DNA from: Bulleidia sp.
GTDB lineage: Bacteria > Bacteroidota > Bacteroidia > Bacteroidales > Bacteroidaceae
Direction of reading: 5' to 3'
NCBI GenBank assembly: GCA_963659135.1
Contig: CAVKSZ010000005.1
Location: forward strand, 1,565 to 65,564
Length of the DNA: 64,000 nucleotides
This document shows, piece after piece, positions 29,625 through 38,922 of this stretch. Within the stretch, counting starts at the first letter, position 1; every line of letters begins with the position of its first letter. Position numbers and translations under genes: made by a program. The notes under the pieces are model-generated. The model searched no databases. It was not told where the DNA came from and worked only from the letters and a program-made list of their open reading frames with translations.

Positions 29625-30314
29625 TTACAACAGTTCTAATAACTTGCGCATGCCTTCGCTTGCCCCGTATTGCAGATGAGTAACCCGGCTTATATCGGTC
29701 TTTACCGGATTGGGGTCAATCAAGTATATCTGTGCATGAGCCGGAGCGTAATATAGTAGACCGGCAGCGGGATATACGTTGAGCGATGTGCCAATTACCA
29801 CTACTACATCGGCCTTCTTTATGGCTTCGGCAGCGGGCTCTATCATGGGTACACTCTCGCCAAAGAATACAATGAAGGGGCGCAGTAGACTGCCGTCGGC
29901 GGCAAGAGTACCAGGTTTTACTATGGCGTGTTCGCTATCCAGCGTTTGTATATAAGCCGGATTGTTAGCATCTCTACTAGAACAAACCTTCATCAGTTCG
30001 CCGTGCAGATGGATAACCTGTGTAGAGCCAGCACGTTCGTGTAGGTCGTCTACGTTCTGTGTAACCACTGTTACATGATAGCTGCTCTCCAGGCTTTTTA
30101 TCAGTTTATGTCCCTCGTTGGGCTGAGCTTGGTAGAGTTTTTGGCGTAGCATATTATAGAAGTTGGTTACCAGTGTAGGGTCAGCTTCCCAACCTTGATG
30201 AGAGGCAACTTGTTCTACGGGATAGTTTTCCCACAAGCCATCGTTGCCACGAAAGGTTTTGAAGCCGCTTTCTACCGACATGCCTGCTCCTGTAAGAAAA
30301 ACTATGTTCTTCAT
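29625..30314 (-). CDS. cobB: NAD-dependent protein deacylase (sirtuin)
   Basis: TGAGMSVESG..TFRG, TQNVDDLHERAG, HLHG, LRP.IVFFGE and GTSLNVYPAA motifs. Confidence 0.93.
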   Translation of the reverse strand: MKNIVFLTGAGMSVESGFKTFRGNDGLWENYPVEQVASHQGWEADPTLVTNFYNMLRQKLYQAQPNEGHKLIKSLESSYHVTVVTQNVDDLHERAGSTQVIHLHGELMKVCSSRDANNPAYIQTLDSEHAIVKPGTLAADGSLLRPFIVFFGESVPMIEPAAEAIKKADVVVVIGTSLNVYPAAGLLYYAPAHAQIYLIDPNPVKTDISRVTHLQYGASEGMRKLLELL

Positions 30315-30315
30315 A

Positions 30316-31224
30316 TTACTTCTTGGTGTCTTTGGCCTTGATGCTAACCAGCTCTACAGTGAAGATAAGGGTAGAATTGCCCTTGATAGGACCCGTGGTT
30401 TGGCTGCCGTAAGCCAGATTGGCAGGAATGTAAAGCTCCCACTTACTGCCTACAGGCATTAGACAGAGCGCTTCTGTCCATCCCTTGATAACTTGGTTTA
30501 CGCCAAATTCGGCAGTGGGCGGATTGCGCTTGTAGCTGCTGTCGAATATGGTGCCGTCTATCATCTTGCCTTCATACTTTACAGTTACCTGGTCGGTAGC
30601 GGAAGGTATGTTGCCGGTGCCTTTGGTAAGAATCTTGTACTGCAGACCCGACGATGTGGTAACTATCCCCTCGCGAGTCTTGTTATCAGCCAGCCACTTT
30701 TCGTTCTCAGCCTTGTACTGGGCTGAAGCCTTCTCGCGGTCGGCACGAATGTGCTCTTCAAAGTACTTGAAAGCATCTTGGCGGTTCATCTTGGTGCTAT
30801 CGCCAGATAGTGCGCAGCGGAATCCAGCGACCAGAAGGTCGATATTTAGGCTATCGCTTGTACCTTTGAGTTCGTCTTGTAGCGATGGGATAATACGGGT
30901 AAATAGTGTGCGGGCCATTTGTCCACCAGCCATGTAGGCTTTGAACTGTGGGTCGGCAATGTTCTTTACTGCGTTGTCAAATCCGGCTACTACATCCTTA
31001 GCATAGGCGGTATCAACTTGATACTCTTGCTGCAGATAGCGGTCTATGCCCTGGCTAACATACAAACCTGCGGCATAGCTCATAGAGTCGGCAGTTGTAG
31101 TAAGCTTGTTTTCCTTTACGGCGACAACGGCTTTAGTCTCTTTCTTTTTCTTTTTATCGGCAAGTGCCAAATTAAAAGAAGCACTCGCCATTACGACGAG
31201 TGCCAGCATTATAGTTTTTTTCAT
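30316..31224 (-). CDS. FKBP-type peptidyl-prolyl cis-trans isomerase (signal peptide)
   Basis: SGLQYK, VKYEG, FDSSY, VIKGWTE and IPANLAYG motifs. Confidence 0.93.
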   Translation of the reverse strand: MKKTIMLALVVMASASFNLALADKKKKKETKAVVAVKENKLTTTADSMSYAAGLYVSQGIDRYLQQEYQVDTAYAKDVVAGFDNAVKNIADPQFKAYMAGGQMARTLFTRIIPSLQDELKGTSDSLNIDLLVAGFRCALSGDSTKMNRQDAFKYFEEHIRADREKASAQYKAENEKWLADNKTREGIVTTSSGLQYKILTKGTGNIPSATDQVTVKYEGKMIDGTIFDSSYKRNPPTAEFGVNQVIKGWTEALCLMPVGSKWELYIPANLAYGSQTTGPIKGNSTLIFTVELVSIKAKDTKK

Positions 31225-31236
31225 ATTTTACTATGA

Positions 31237-32106
31237 TTATTCAATACCTAACAGTTCTATCTTGAAGATAAGAGCAGAGAAAGGCTTGATAGGACCTGAC
31301 TCCTGGTCGGCATAGGCCATGTTCTGAGGAATGTAAACTTCCCATATAGAACCTACAGGCATGTGTACCAGAGCTTCTGTCCATCCTTTGATAATCTGGT
31401 TAGCGCGGAACTTAGCGGGCTCTTTACGGCTGTAAGATGAGTCGAATACTTTACCATCGATAGTCTTACCCTCATACTGTACCTTAACCAGGCTGGTATC
31501 TTTAGGCATAGGGCCGTTACCCTCTTTGATAACCTTGTACTGTATGCCTGAAGGCAGAGTTACAACTCCGGGCTTCTTCTTGTTTTCAGCCATAAACTTT
31601 TCGCCAGCCTCTTTGTTAGAAGCAAACTCTTTGAGCAATCGCTTGCTGCGTACGACAGGCATAAGGGTTTGTACCTTTATCTGTGCGTCGGCAGTAGTGA
31701 AGAGAGTCTTTTCGCCAGCGGTAGCTGCGATGAAACCAGCCAAGAAGTTTTTCAGCGAGATGCTCTTAGTAGAGTCTTCACCATAGATTTCGTGGTTGAT
31801 ACCCTTAATCATCTGGTTAGAAACCTGCTGACCTATCTGGATACCTGCATAGTAAGCAGCCTTGGCCTTGTCGTCGCCGGCGTTGGCACCGTCGTTAACA
31901 CCACGGAAGAATTCGTCCATGTAGGTAGTGTCAATACCCATACGGCCTACCAGATAATCTTTCAAGCCCTGCGACTGCAGCATACCCATTGTGTATGTCA
32001 GTGTGTCGACATCGTTTTTAAGGTTTGCTTTTGGGGCTGAGTTGCCGCAACCGCTGAAGGCTGCTACGGCGATAGCCATGATGGCTACAATTGAAAACTT
32101 TTTCAT
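31237..32106 (-). CDS. FKBP-type PPIase, lipoprotein
   Basis: Lipobox FSGC; FKBP motifs FDSSY and IIKGWTE. Confidence 0.93.
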   Translation of the reverse strand: MKKFSIVAIMAIAVAAFSGCGNSAPKANLKNDVDTLTYTMGMLQSQGLKDYLVGRMGIDTTYMDEFFRGVNDGANAGDDKAKAAYYAGIQIGQQVSNQMIKGINHEIYGEDSTKSISLKNFLAGFIAATAGEKTLFTTADAQIKVQTLMPVVRSKRLLKEFASNKEAGEKFMAENKKKPGVVTLPSGIQYKVIKEGNGPMPKDTSLVKVQYEGKTIDGKVFDSSYSRKEPAKFRANQIIKGWTEALVHMPVGSIWEVYIPQNMAYADQESGPIKPFSALIFKIELLGIE

Positions 32107-32156
32107 TTCTTATAAGATTTGATTTTTTGTTGTTTGCAATAGTTGTGGCTTATAAC

Positions 32157-32762
32157 TTAAAGTACGTTGATAAGCTCTACATCGAAGATAAGTGCCGAGT
32201 AGGGAGGGATAGACTGTCCGGCACCGCGCTCGCCATAACCTAAGTTGTAGGGAATAAAGAAGCGGTACTTGGCGCCCTCGCTCATCAGCTGTACGCCCTC
32301 AGTCCATCCGGCTATAACCTGGTTAAGACCAAATACGGCGGGTTCGCCACGCTGTACCGAGCTGTCGAATACTGTACCGTCTACCAGCATACCCTCGTAG
32401 TGGCAACGCACCTTGTCGGTAGCCTTTGGCTTACGACCGTTACCCGGGGTAAGTACCTGATATTGTAATCCCGAAGGCAGAGTTACCACACCCTCTTTAG
32501 CGGCGTTGGCTTTAAGATATTCTTCGCCTTTGGCCTTGTTCTCTTTGAAACGCTCGGCTGCGGCTGCGCGTTGTTTCTTCTCTTGTTCGTCAAAGAAGGC
32601 GCGTACTATGGTCTGTGCCTCGGTATCGGCGAGCTTTACCTCTCCACCAGAAAGTACGTCCTTGATAGCCTGTGCAAAATCATCGATATTCAGGTCTTTT
32701 GCTCCCATATCGGTGAGCTGGCGGCCAATGCCTAAACCTAAAGCGTAGCTTACTTTATCCAT
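32157..32762 (-). CDS. FKBP-type PPIase (FklB-like, cytoplasmic)
   Basis: MDKVSYALG, SGLQY, HYEG, FDSS and VIAGWTE motifs; -7 box TACCTTTG at 32791-32798. Confidence 0.94.
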   Translation of the reverse strand: MDKVSYALGLGIGRQLTDMGAKDLNIDDFAQAIKDVLSGGEVKLADTEAQTIVRAFFDEQEKKQRAAAAERFKENKAKGEEYLKANAAKEGVVTLPSGLQYQVLTPGNGRKPKATDKVRCHYEGMLVDGTVFDSSVQRGEPAVFGLNQVIAGWTEGVQLMSEGAKYRFFIPYNLGYGERGAGQSIPPYSALIFDVELINVL

Positions 32763-32944
32763 TTATTTACTTGTAGTTTGTTATTCCGTGCAAAGGTAGC
32801 AAAAAAACTGATTAGACTCTGTTGAATTGCTATTAAATTTTGTTTTTTATGTTACCTTATAATATAAATAATATAAATGTAGTGTTTGGTGTGGTAATTT
32901 TTTTAGGTTATAGTTCTTGCTGCCGGGTAATGGCTTTGGGGGTT

Positions 32945-33026
32945 GCCCACGGCCGTAGACCAATGTGCCGGCGGCCGCAAACCTATTTGCCCACGGCCGT
33001 GGGCAGGTGTGTCTACGGCCGTGGGC
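32945..33026. repeat. 4 x 22-bp quasi-palindromic array (copy 3 of 5)
   Basis: gcccacggccgtagac-caatgt-gccggcggccgcaaac-ctattt-gcccacggccgtgggc-aggtgt-gtctacggccgtgggc. Confidence 0.92.
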
Positions 33027-33196
33027 AAACGGGTAAAATGAAACTCTTCTCTTGTCATCTGCTCATACTATAATAACGTATGACCCCCAAAAATAGCCAA
33101 AATAGGACATCAAAATCGAAAAAAATGAAAAAAACGTGTATCTCACGCAATTTTTTGTCTACTTTTACATTATGCAATGTATATAAAGGCACAATT

Positions 33197-34477
33197 ATGA
33201 ACAAGAACATTAGTATAATTCTAGCAGCCGCTATGACGGTAACTGCCGCAACATCGTGCGCTACAAGCAAACAACGCTCTACGCAGGATACCGACAAGCA
33301 GGCAACGCCCAATGTAGATTCGCCCGATATGGATGATAACTATCTTACGTTCTCAGATGCTCAAAACCAGGCTCTGCGCGGTATTAACAACTTTGGTTTC
33401 AAACTTATGCGTACTCAGATAGGCATGGATTCAAAGGTGGTGTCGCCCCTTAGCGTGTCGTTTCTTATGGGTATGTTGGCCAATGGTGCCGACGGCACTA
33501 CCCAGACCGAAATTACCCAGACCCTTGGTGTAGATAAAGTAGGGCTCGATGCGCTTAACGAAACCTGCAAGGCTCTGATATCTACCACAACCAAGCCTAA
33601 CGATAAGGTAAAGATAAGCATAGCCAACTGCGTGGCTGTAGATAACAGTATAACGATAAATACCAGCTATGTAGAGCAAATGAAGGCACTCTACAATGCC
33701 GAAGTTAGCAGTAGAGACTTTGCCAAGGCGTCGACCCTGACATACATTAACGACTGGTGTTCAAAGCATACCAATGGCATGATACCCCGTATCATCGACA
33801 AGCTATCAGATAGCGACAAGGCAGTGCTGATGAATGCCGTATACTTTAACGGCACCTGGCAGAACAAGTTCTCTAAAAGTGAAACCCGCGAAGAGAATTT
33901 CCGCGGATATAGTCGCGACATTAAGCGAGTTAAGATGATGCACGCCAAAGGTAAACGAATGTATGCCCAGATGGATGGATACTGCGTTCTTAGCCTGCCC
34001 TACGCCGGCAACGATTATCAGATGATGGTTATCCTGCCCAACGAAGACCGCGCTATTACCGATGTGATGGATGCGCTTGATGCCGACGCATTAGAAAACA
34101 TAAACAAAAGTATGGAAGAGTACCAAGTAGATGTAAAACTACCACGGTTTACCATCTCTACCCAAACTCCGCTCAACAAGGTGGTATCTCAGCTCGGTTC
34201 GCCATCAATGTTCCAGGTAGGCAAAGCCAACTTTAGCAACATGGCGCAGCAGTCGCTCTTTGTGTCAACCATGCTTCAAAAGGCTAGGATAGAAGTTACC
34301 GAAGAGGGAACCAAGGCCGCTGCCGTAACCATAGCCACTATGATGGCCACATCGCTCGGACCAACAGAGGTACGTAAGGTTAATTTCCATGCCGACCATC
34401 CCTTTATTTACATGATTACCCACCAATCTACGGGAGCCATCCTGTTTATGGGTGAGTATACTGGCGACGATCTGTAA
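33197..34477 (+). CDS. Serpin family lipoprotein
   Basis: Signal MNKNISII...ATSC; VSPLS, NAVYFNGTW, LPRF, hinge EEGTKAAAVT and FHADHPFIY..ILFMG. Confidence 0.93.
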   Translation: MNKNISIILAAAMTVTAATSCATSKQRSTQDTDKQATPNVDSPDMDDNYLTFSDAQNQALRGINNFGFKLMRTQIGMDSKVVSPLSVSFLMGMLANGADGTTQTEITQTLGVDKVGLDALNETCKALISTTTKPNDKVKISIANCVAVDNSITINTSYVEQMKALYNAEVSSRDFAKASTLTYINDWCSKHTNGMIPRIIDKLSDSDKAVLMNAVYFNGTWQNKFSKSETREENFRGYSRDIKRVKMMHAKGKRMYAQMDGYCVLSLPYAGNDYQMMVILPNEDRAITDVMDALDADALENINKSMEEYQVDVKLPRFTISTQTPLNKVVSQLGSPSMFQVGKANFSNMAQQSLFVSTMLQKARIEVTEEGTKAAAVTIATMMATSLGPTEVRKVNFHADHPFIYMITHQSTGAILFMGEYTGDDL

Positions 34478-34519
34478 ATATCATACCTACGCAAAAATCC
34501 CAAATCACTATATATAATA

Positions 34520-34553
34520 AAAGGCTTGCCCGCATAGCAGAGGGTAAGCCTTT
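34520..34553 (+). terminator. Intrinsic terminator after the serpin
   Basis: aaaggcttgccc...gggtaagccttt. Confidence 0.7.
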
Positions 34554-34704
34554 GTTGTAATAGGGATAACGCATTATACCCCAAAAGTAGAAGAAAAAAC
34601 TATAAAAAATGCTCTTCAGACAATCTTTTAATCATTAAAATACAAGTAGTATTGACAATTAACCTTATCTTTGTGGCAAATATAAATCCAAAACATAACA
34701 AATC

Positions 34705-37086
34705 ATGAAAAAACTGCTTATCTATCTCTTACTACTTACTGCTATATCTACGATGGCGCAGAATGTTACCGAGTACGAGGTAAAACTGAAGAACAAAACT
34801 CACATGAATATCCAGGTATGTACCGACGGCATATTTCGTGTGCGTATCTCTCCACGTAAAGAATATGCCGAAAACCTAATGCTACGCTACAATGTACAGA
34901 AGAAGGATTGGCAGAAAGTAAATTGTAACACAACCGATAAGGGCGACGTGATGACCATTTCTACCGCCCTGTATACCCTTAGTGTGAACAAGAAAGACGG
35001 AGCCATTACAGTGGCCGACAAGGCGGGTCAGAAGGTGGTAGACCGCATAAATTATCTTAACGGCAAAGACCCTCTGCTTACCTCGCTGGGTAAGGCGATA
35101 AACGAGAAATTTGCCGACCTAAAGGTGGCCAAGAACAATGGTATCATAGGCGATACAAATAACCCTGCCGCCGCTAAAGATACAGCCGAAACGGGCGATT
35201 ACAAGAAGTGTAGCATTATCAACTTTACCCTGCGCTCTGGCGAACGCTTCTATGGTGGCGGCAGTACCAGCAGAGAGCATATCCAGCACCGTGGAGAACT
35301 GCTGCGTATGTGGACAACCTATCAGCATACCGAAATTCCACAACCTATGTTGATAAGCAGCAACGGATGGGGCGTATTCAACAATACCACGCTGAAACAC
35401 TTCTTCGACGTGGGGCGCCACCAGAAAGACATTATGTCTGTCTACAACACTTCAGACGAGGTAGATTTCTACCTGATGTTTGGCAAGGATATGCCCGCAG
35501 TGATAGATGCTTACACCCTGATTACGGGTAGGCCTTACCTGCAGCCCAAATGGGCCTACGGATTGTGCTTTGGACCGAATATGCTTGAAAACCAGTTTGA
35601 TATCCTGCGTGATGCCGTAGAGTTCAGACGCATGGAGGTTCCCTGTGACTTGTTCTGGCTAGAGCCACAATGGATGGAAAAACGCTACGACTTCTCTTCT
35701 AAGAAGAAATGGAACTACAAACTCTTCTCAGCCGAGGCTTACTGGGACTCTTGCTCTTATCCCAAGAAAGAGAACCATCGCTTGCTCATTGGCCGACTTA
35801 AGAATATGGGCTTCAAACTAGGTCTTTGGCTCTGCGAGGAATACGACCTGAGTATAGCCGAAGAAGACGCGCTGGCCAAGGCAGCAGGCAAACCCGAGAG
35901 CGGAATGGAACACTGGATGGACCACCTGCGTAACTTTGTTGACAATGGTGTGCGCGGCTTCAAGCTAGACCCCGCCCGTACTATCGATGAGCATCCTACC
36001 CGCCAATACTATAATGGTTATCCCGATAAGGTGATGCACAATCTTAACCAGGTATTGCTGCCCAAGCAGATGGAAGAAATGATGCGCAGTCATACCGGTA
36101 GGCGCAACTGGCACCACTATACCGCCGGTTGGGCTGGAACACAACACTGGGGGGCTTCTACCAGTGGTGACAATGGTGGAGGTAAGACAGCACTCTTTGA
36201 CCAGTTGAACCTGGGTATGAGCGGTTTTCTTAACACATCGTGCGATGTAATGTCGGTATCAAAAGACCAAGAGATGCAGAGTCTGCACTTTGGTTTGTTC
36301 TTGCCCTGGGTACAGATTAACAGTTGGTACTCATTGCTACAACCCTTCTATTTCTCTACTAAAGACAAGGAAATATACAAGTATTACGTAAAACTACGTT
36401 ATAGCTTGATGCCCTATATATATACGGCAGCCATAGAGGGTGCCCAAACGGGTATGCCTATAGTACGATCTATGCCGCTAGAATTCCCCAACGACCGCAA
36501 TGTAGACGATGCTTGCTACCAGTATATGTTTGGCAAGAACTTTCTTGTAGGTATCTTTAGCGACGAAGTATATCTGCCTAAGGGCGAATGGACCGACTTC
36601 TGGACGGGCGAGCGTGTACAGGGCGGACGTACCGTGAAGCGCAATATACCCGAGGGGCGCGCCGGACTGCTATTTGTACGCGAGGGAGCTATCATCCCTA
36701 TGCAGCGCGATATGAACTTTGTGGGCGAATATCCTATAGATACCCTTACACTGAAAGTATTCCCCAAGGGCAAGTCGCAGTATACCATGATGGAAGACGA
36801 CGGTGAAAGCTACGAATACGAGAAGGGAGCTGTGGCAAGCACTACATTTGACTGTACCCAGAACGGACAGCGTGTAGACATAGCCGTGCAGCCCGTAAAG
36901 GGTCAGTACAAGGGTATGTATACCACCCGTACCTATAAGTTAGAGGTATATACCCATCGCAAGCCTACTACGGTTAAGGTAAACGGTACCGCTACAACTA
37001 ACTTTACTTATAGCGCCGACGGTATAGTACGCGTGGTTCTGCCACAGAAAGACATACGCACCAAGGCTACGGTAACCATACTGTAG
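34705..37086 (+). CDS. Glycoside hydrolase family 31, secreted
   Basis: Signal peptide; YTLITGRP.LQPKWAYG, GFKLD nucleophile region, SGD, LRYSLMPYIY, QYMFG and YLPKGEW; -7 box TATCTTTG at 34666-34673. Confidence 0.88.
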   Translation: MKKLLIYLLLLTAISTMAQNVTEYEVKLKNKTHMNIQVCTDGIFRVRISPRKEYAENLMLRYNVQKKDWQKVNCNTTDKGDVMTISTALYTLSVNKKDGAITVADKAGQKVVDRINYLNGKDPLLTSLGKAINEKFADLKVAKNNGIIGDTNNPAAAKDTAETGDYKKCSIINFTLRSGERFYGGGSTSREHIQHRGELLRMWTTYQHTEIPQPMLISSNGWGVFNNTTLKHFFDVGRHQKDIMSVYNTSDEVDFYLMFGKDMPAVIDAYTLITGRPYLQPKWAYGLCFGPNMLENQFDILRDAVEFRRMEVPCDLFWLEPQWMEKRYDFSSKKKWNYKLFSAEAYWDSCSYPKKENHRLLIGRLKNMGFKLGLWLCEEYDLSIAEEDALAKAAGKPESGMEHWMDHLRNFVDNGVRGFKLDPARTIDEHPTRQYYNGYPDKVMHNLNQVLLPKQMEEMMRSHTGRRNWHHYTAGWAGTQHWGASTSGDNGGGKTALFDQLNLGMSGFLNTSCDVMSVSKDQEMQSLHFGLFLPWVQINSWYSLLQPFYFSTKDKEIYKYYVKLRYSLMPYIYTAAIEGAQTGMPIVRSMPLEFPNDRNVDDACYQYMFGKNFLVGIFSDEVYLPKGEWTDFWTGERVQGGRTVKRNIPEGRAGLLFVREGAIIPMQRDMNFVGEYPIDTLTLKVFPKGKSQYTMMEDDGESYEYEKGAVASTTFDCTQNGQRVDIAVQPVKGQYKGMYTTRTYKLEVYTHRKPTTVKVNGTATTNFTYSADGIVRVVLPQKDIRTKATVTIL

Positions 37087-37109
37087 ACACAGTAAGTAGT
37101 AAAACATAA

Positions 37110-37151
37110 AAAAGCCAGTGGTATCGAGCGAAGATGATGCCACTGGCTTTT
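37110..37151. terminator. Bidirectional intrinsic terminator
   Basis: aaaagccagtgg...ccactggctttt between convergent genes. Confidence 0.8.
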
Positions 37152-37193
37152 CTCTTATCCGCAGTAGTCTGCGGTCAACGGGCGGCTACGGGC

Positions 37194-37922
37194 TTATCTC
37201 TTGTAGATAAACCGCGCCAGACCGTAGATATATCGGCGGAACCCCGGTTTGTAAGCCAGCACATGGTCGAACCACCCTAGGTGTTTGCCTACGGTTTTTA
37301 CCACCATGCCTACATAGAACATGGCAAACAGTGTACCTATACCTATGATATGCCATATCCAGCAACCAAAGAACAGGTAGCAAGCCATAATGCCCAGCAA
37401 TACCAACCCCGTATCTACGCATATTTTTATCTTGGCAAAGTCTACCCCGGTAACTCTACTTATAGCTACGGGGAAACCCTCGCCCGGCATGGTAACGCTA
37501 CCGCAACGCACTTCGAGCGCTATGCCTATGCCAAGGATAGTACAGCCAGCTATCTGGGCTACTATCTTCTGCCAAAGTACGGTGGGTACGAGCCACGAGG
37601 TAAGCAGCATATTAACATCGATAAGCGACCCGAAAACAAAGCCAACCAATAGCTGGAAAAGCTGTACCGGCTCGAAGCGGCTGCGCAATACCAGCAGCTG
37701 GCCTACCACCAACAGACCATTCATAATATAGGTATACTGGCCTATAGTTAACTCCGGAACCAAAGCCTGGGCACCAGCACTCTGAAAAACATAAGGCAAA
37801 ACGCTTATTACACTAGAACCTAACATGGATCTTACGCATACTGCCACACCGGCAGTCATTATCCACAACGAAATGAGCAGCAACACATGCTGCCAACAAA
37901 ATGCTATAATCTTATCCTTCAT
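37194..37922 (-). CDS. YczE/YyaS/YitT (DUF6198-like) membrane protein
   Basis: LGSSVISVLPYV, TIGQYT, FGSLID, PGEG, KICVD and IGIGT motifs; multiple TM helices. Confidence 0.8.
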   Translation of the reverse strand: MKDKIIAFCWQHVLLLISLWIMTAGVAVCVRSMLGSSVISVLPYVFQSAGAQALVPELTIGQYTYIMNGLLVVGQLLVLRSRFEPVQLFQLLVGFVFGSLIDVNMLLTSWLVPTVLWQKIVAQIAGCTILGIGIALEVRCGSVTMPGEGFPVAISRVTGVDFAKIKICVDTGLVLLGIMACYLFFGCWIWHIIGIGTLFAMFYVGMVVKTVGKHLGWFDHVLAYKPGFRRYIYGLARFIYKR

Positions 37923-38057
37923 ATTAAAACCTCTTAGGGTGACACCTTAAAGTGTCACCAATTTATATATATCCGTTCTTTTGGGGGGTGACTACAAGTT
38001 TTAAGCCATAACAAAACTTGCTTATAGAGTCATCCTGTAACAATCTGCACAAATTTA
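37923..38057 (-). promoter_or_regulatory. Promoter (-7 TAAATTTG at 38050-38057) and structured ~120-nt leader of the YitT-type gene
   Basis: Nested hairpin at 37986-38035 and perfect 8-bp hairpin at 37938-37959. Confidence 0.5.
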
Positions 38058-38922
38058 CAAAAAAAATCCGAGATTCGGGCAGATTTACCCTAGTGCTCTA
38101 TACCAAGAGTGGGTAATAGATGTGATATTTTGACCGATATCAATTGTAAACAGCTGTTAATTACAATAAGACAAATTACGGTGATATTTTTGCACAGAGT
38201 GTTGTCTGGTTGCATTTTAGGCTCTTAATTCGGGCTGAAAAAGGCATTTAAATGGGCTAAATACCATCAATAAAAACATAGAGATAGCCTTTAGCCGGCT
38301 AGAGTTAGTCTTTATACCTTCTAAAGTTAATCTCTGCGGTTAGAAATATTCGTTAGAAACTGCCAAAAATCATCCCCCGTTTTGCCCAAAAGTATCAGTA
38401 TTTGTCAGAAAACATAGGTAGATGGCCAGAATGAGGCAAATGTAAAATGGTATGTTTATCCCCAAATCGCCAAAAATGGCCAATTTTCGCCGAATTTTCA
38501 TCAAAAATTTTGTGCGAATATTCTTCTGCAAAATTAACGGGTATTAACCAAAAACGGCCGCTATTTAGTTAATGGCTGTTAATGGTACCGCTATCTGTTA
38601 TTGCCTATTTCTGTAATTTTCTTCCTTATCAGAAATTTGCGAAAGTCAACGTAATAATTCCTCTTTTTAACCCCTGTTTTGGCAGAATAATTCCTCAAAA
38701 CGGGGGGCTAAATGAAAGAATTATTACTGAATAGTTGCGTAATTGGCTACGTGTCACTACATTTGCAGAGAGATAGCTTTGCGTAGTTAAAAAGGTTTAC
38801 GACATGGTGCCTAAAATAAGGAAAAATGGCAAAGAGTATTGTTGTAAAAAATATATATTGATTTAGTACTCACGAGAAAAAATCTCCGTTGAGCCCCTAT
38901 AATTAAAAATCATAACCCAAAC

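Noticed and set aside
29625..30314. Sirtuin as a SIR2 anti-phage effector
   Set aside because: Short canonical CobB-type protein at the end of an FKBP operon, with no defence partners
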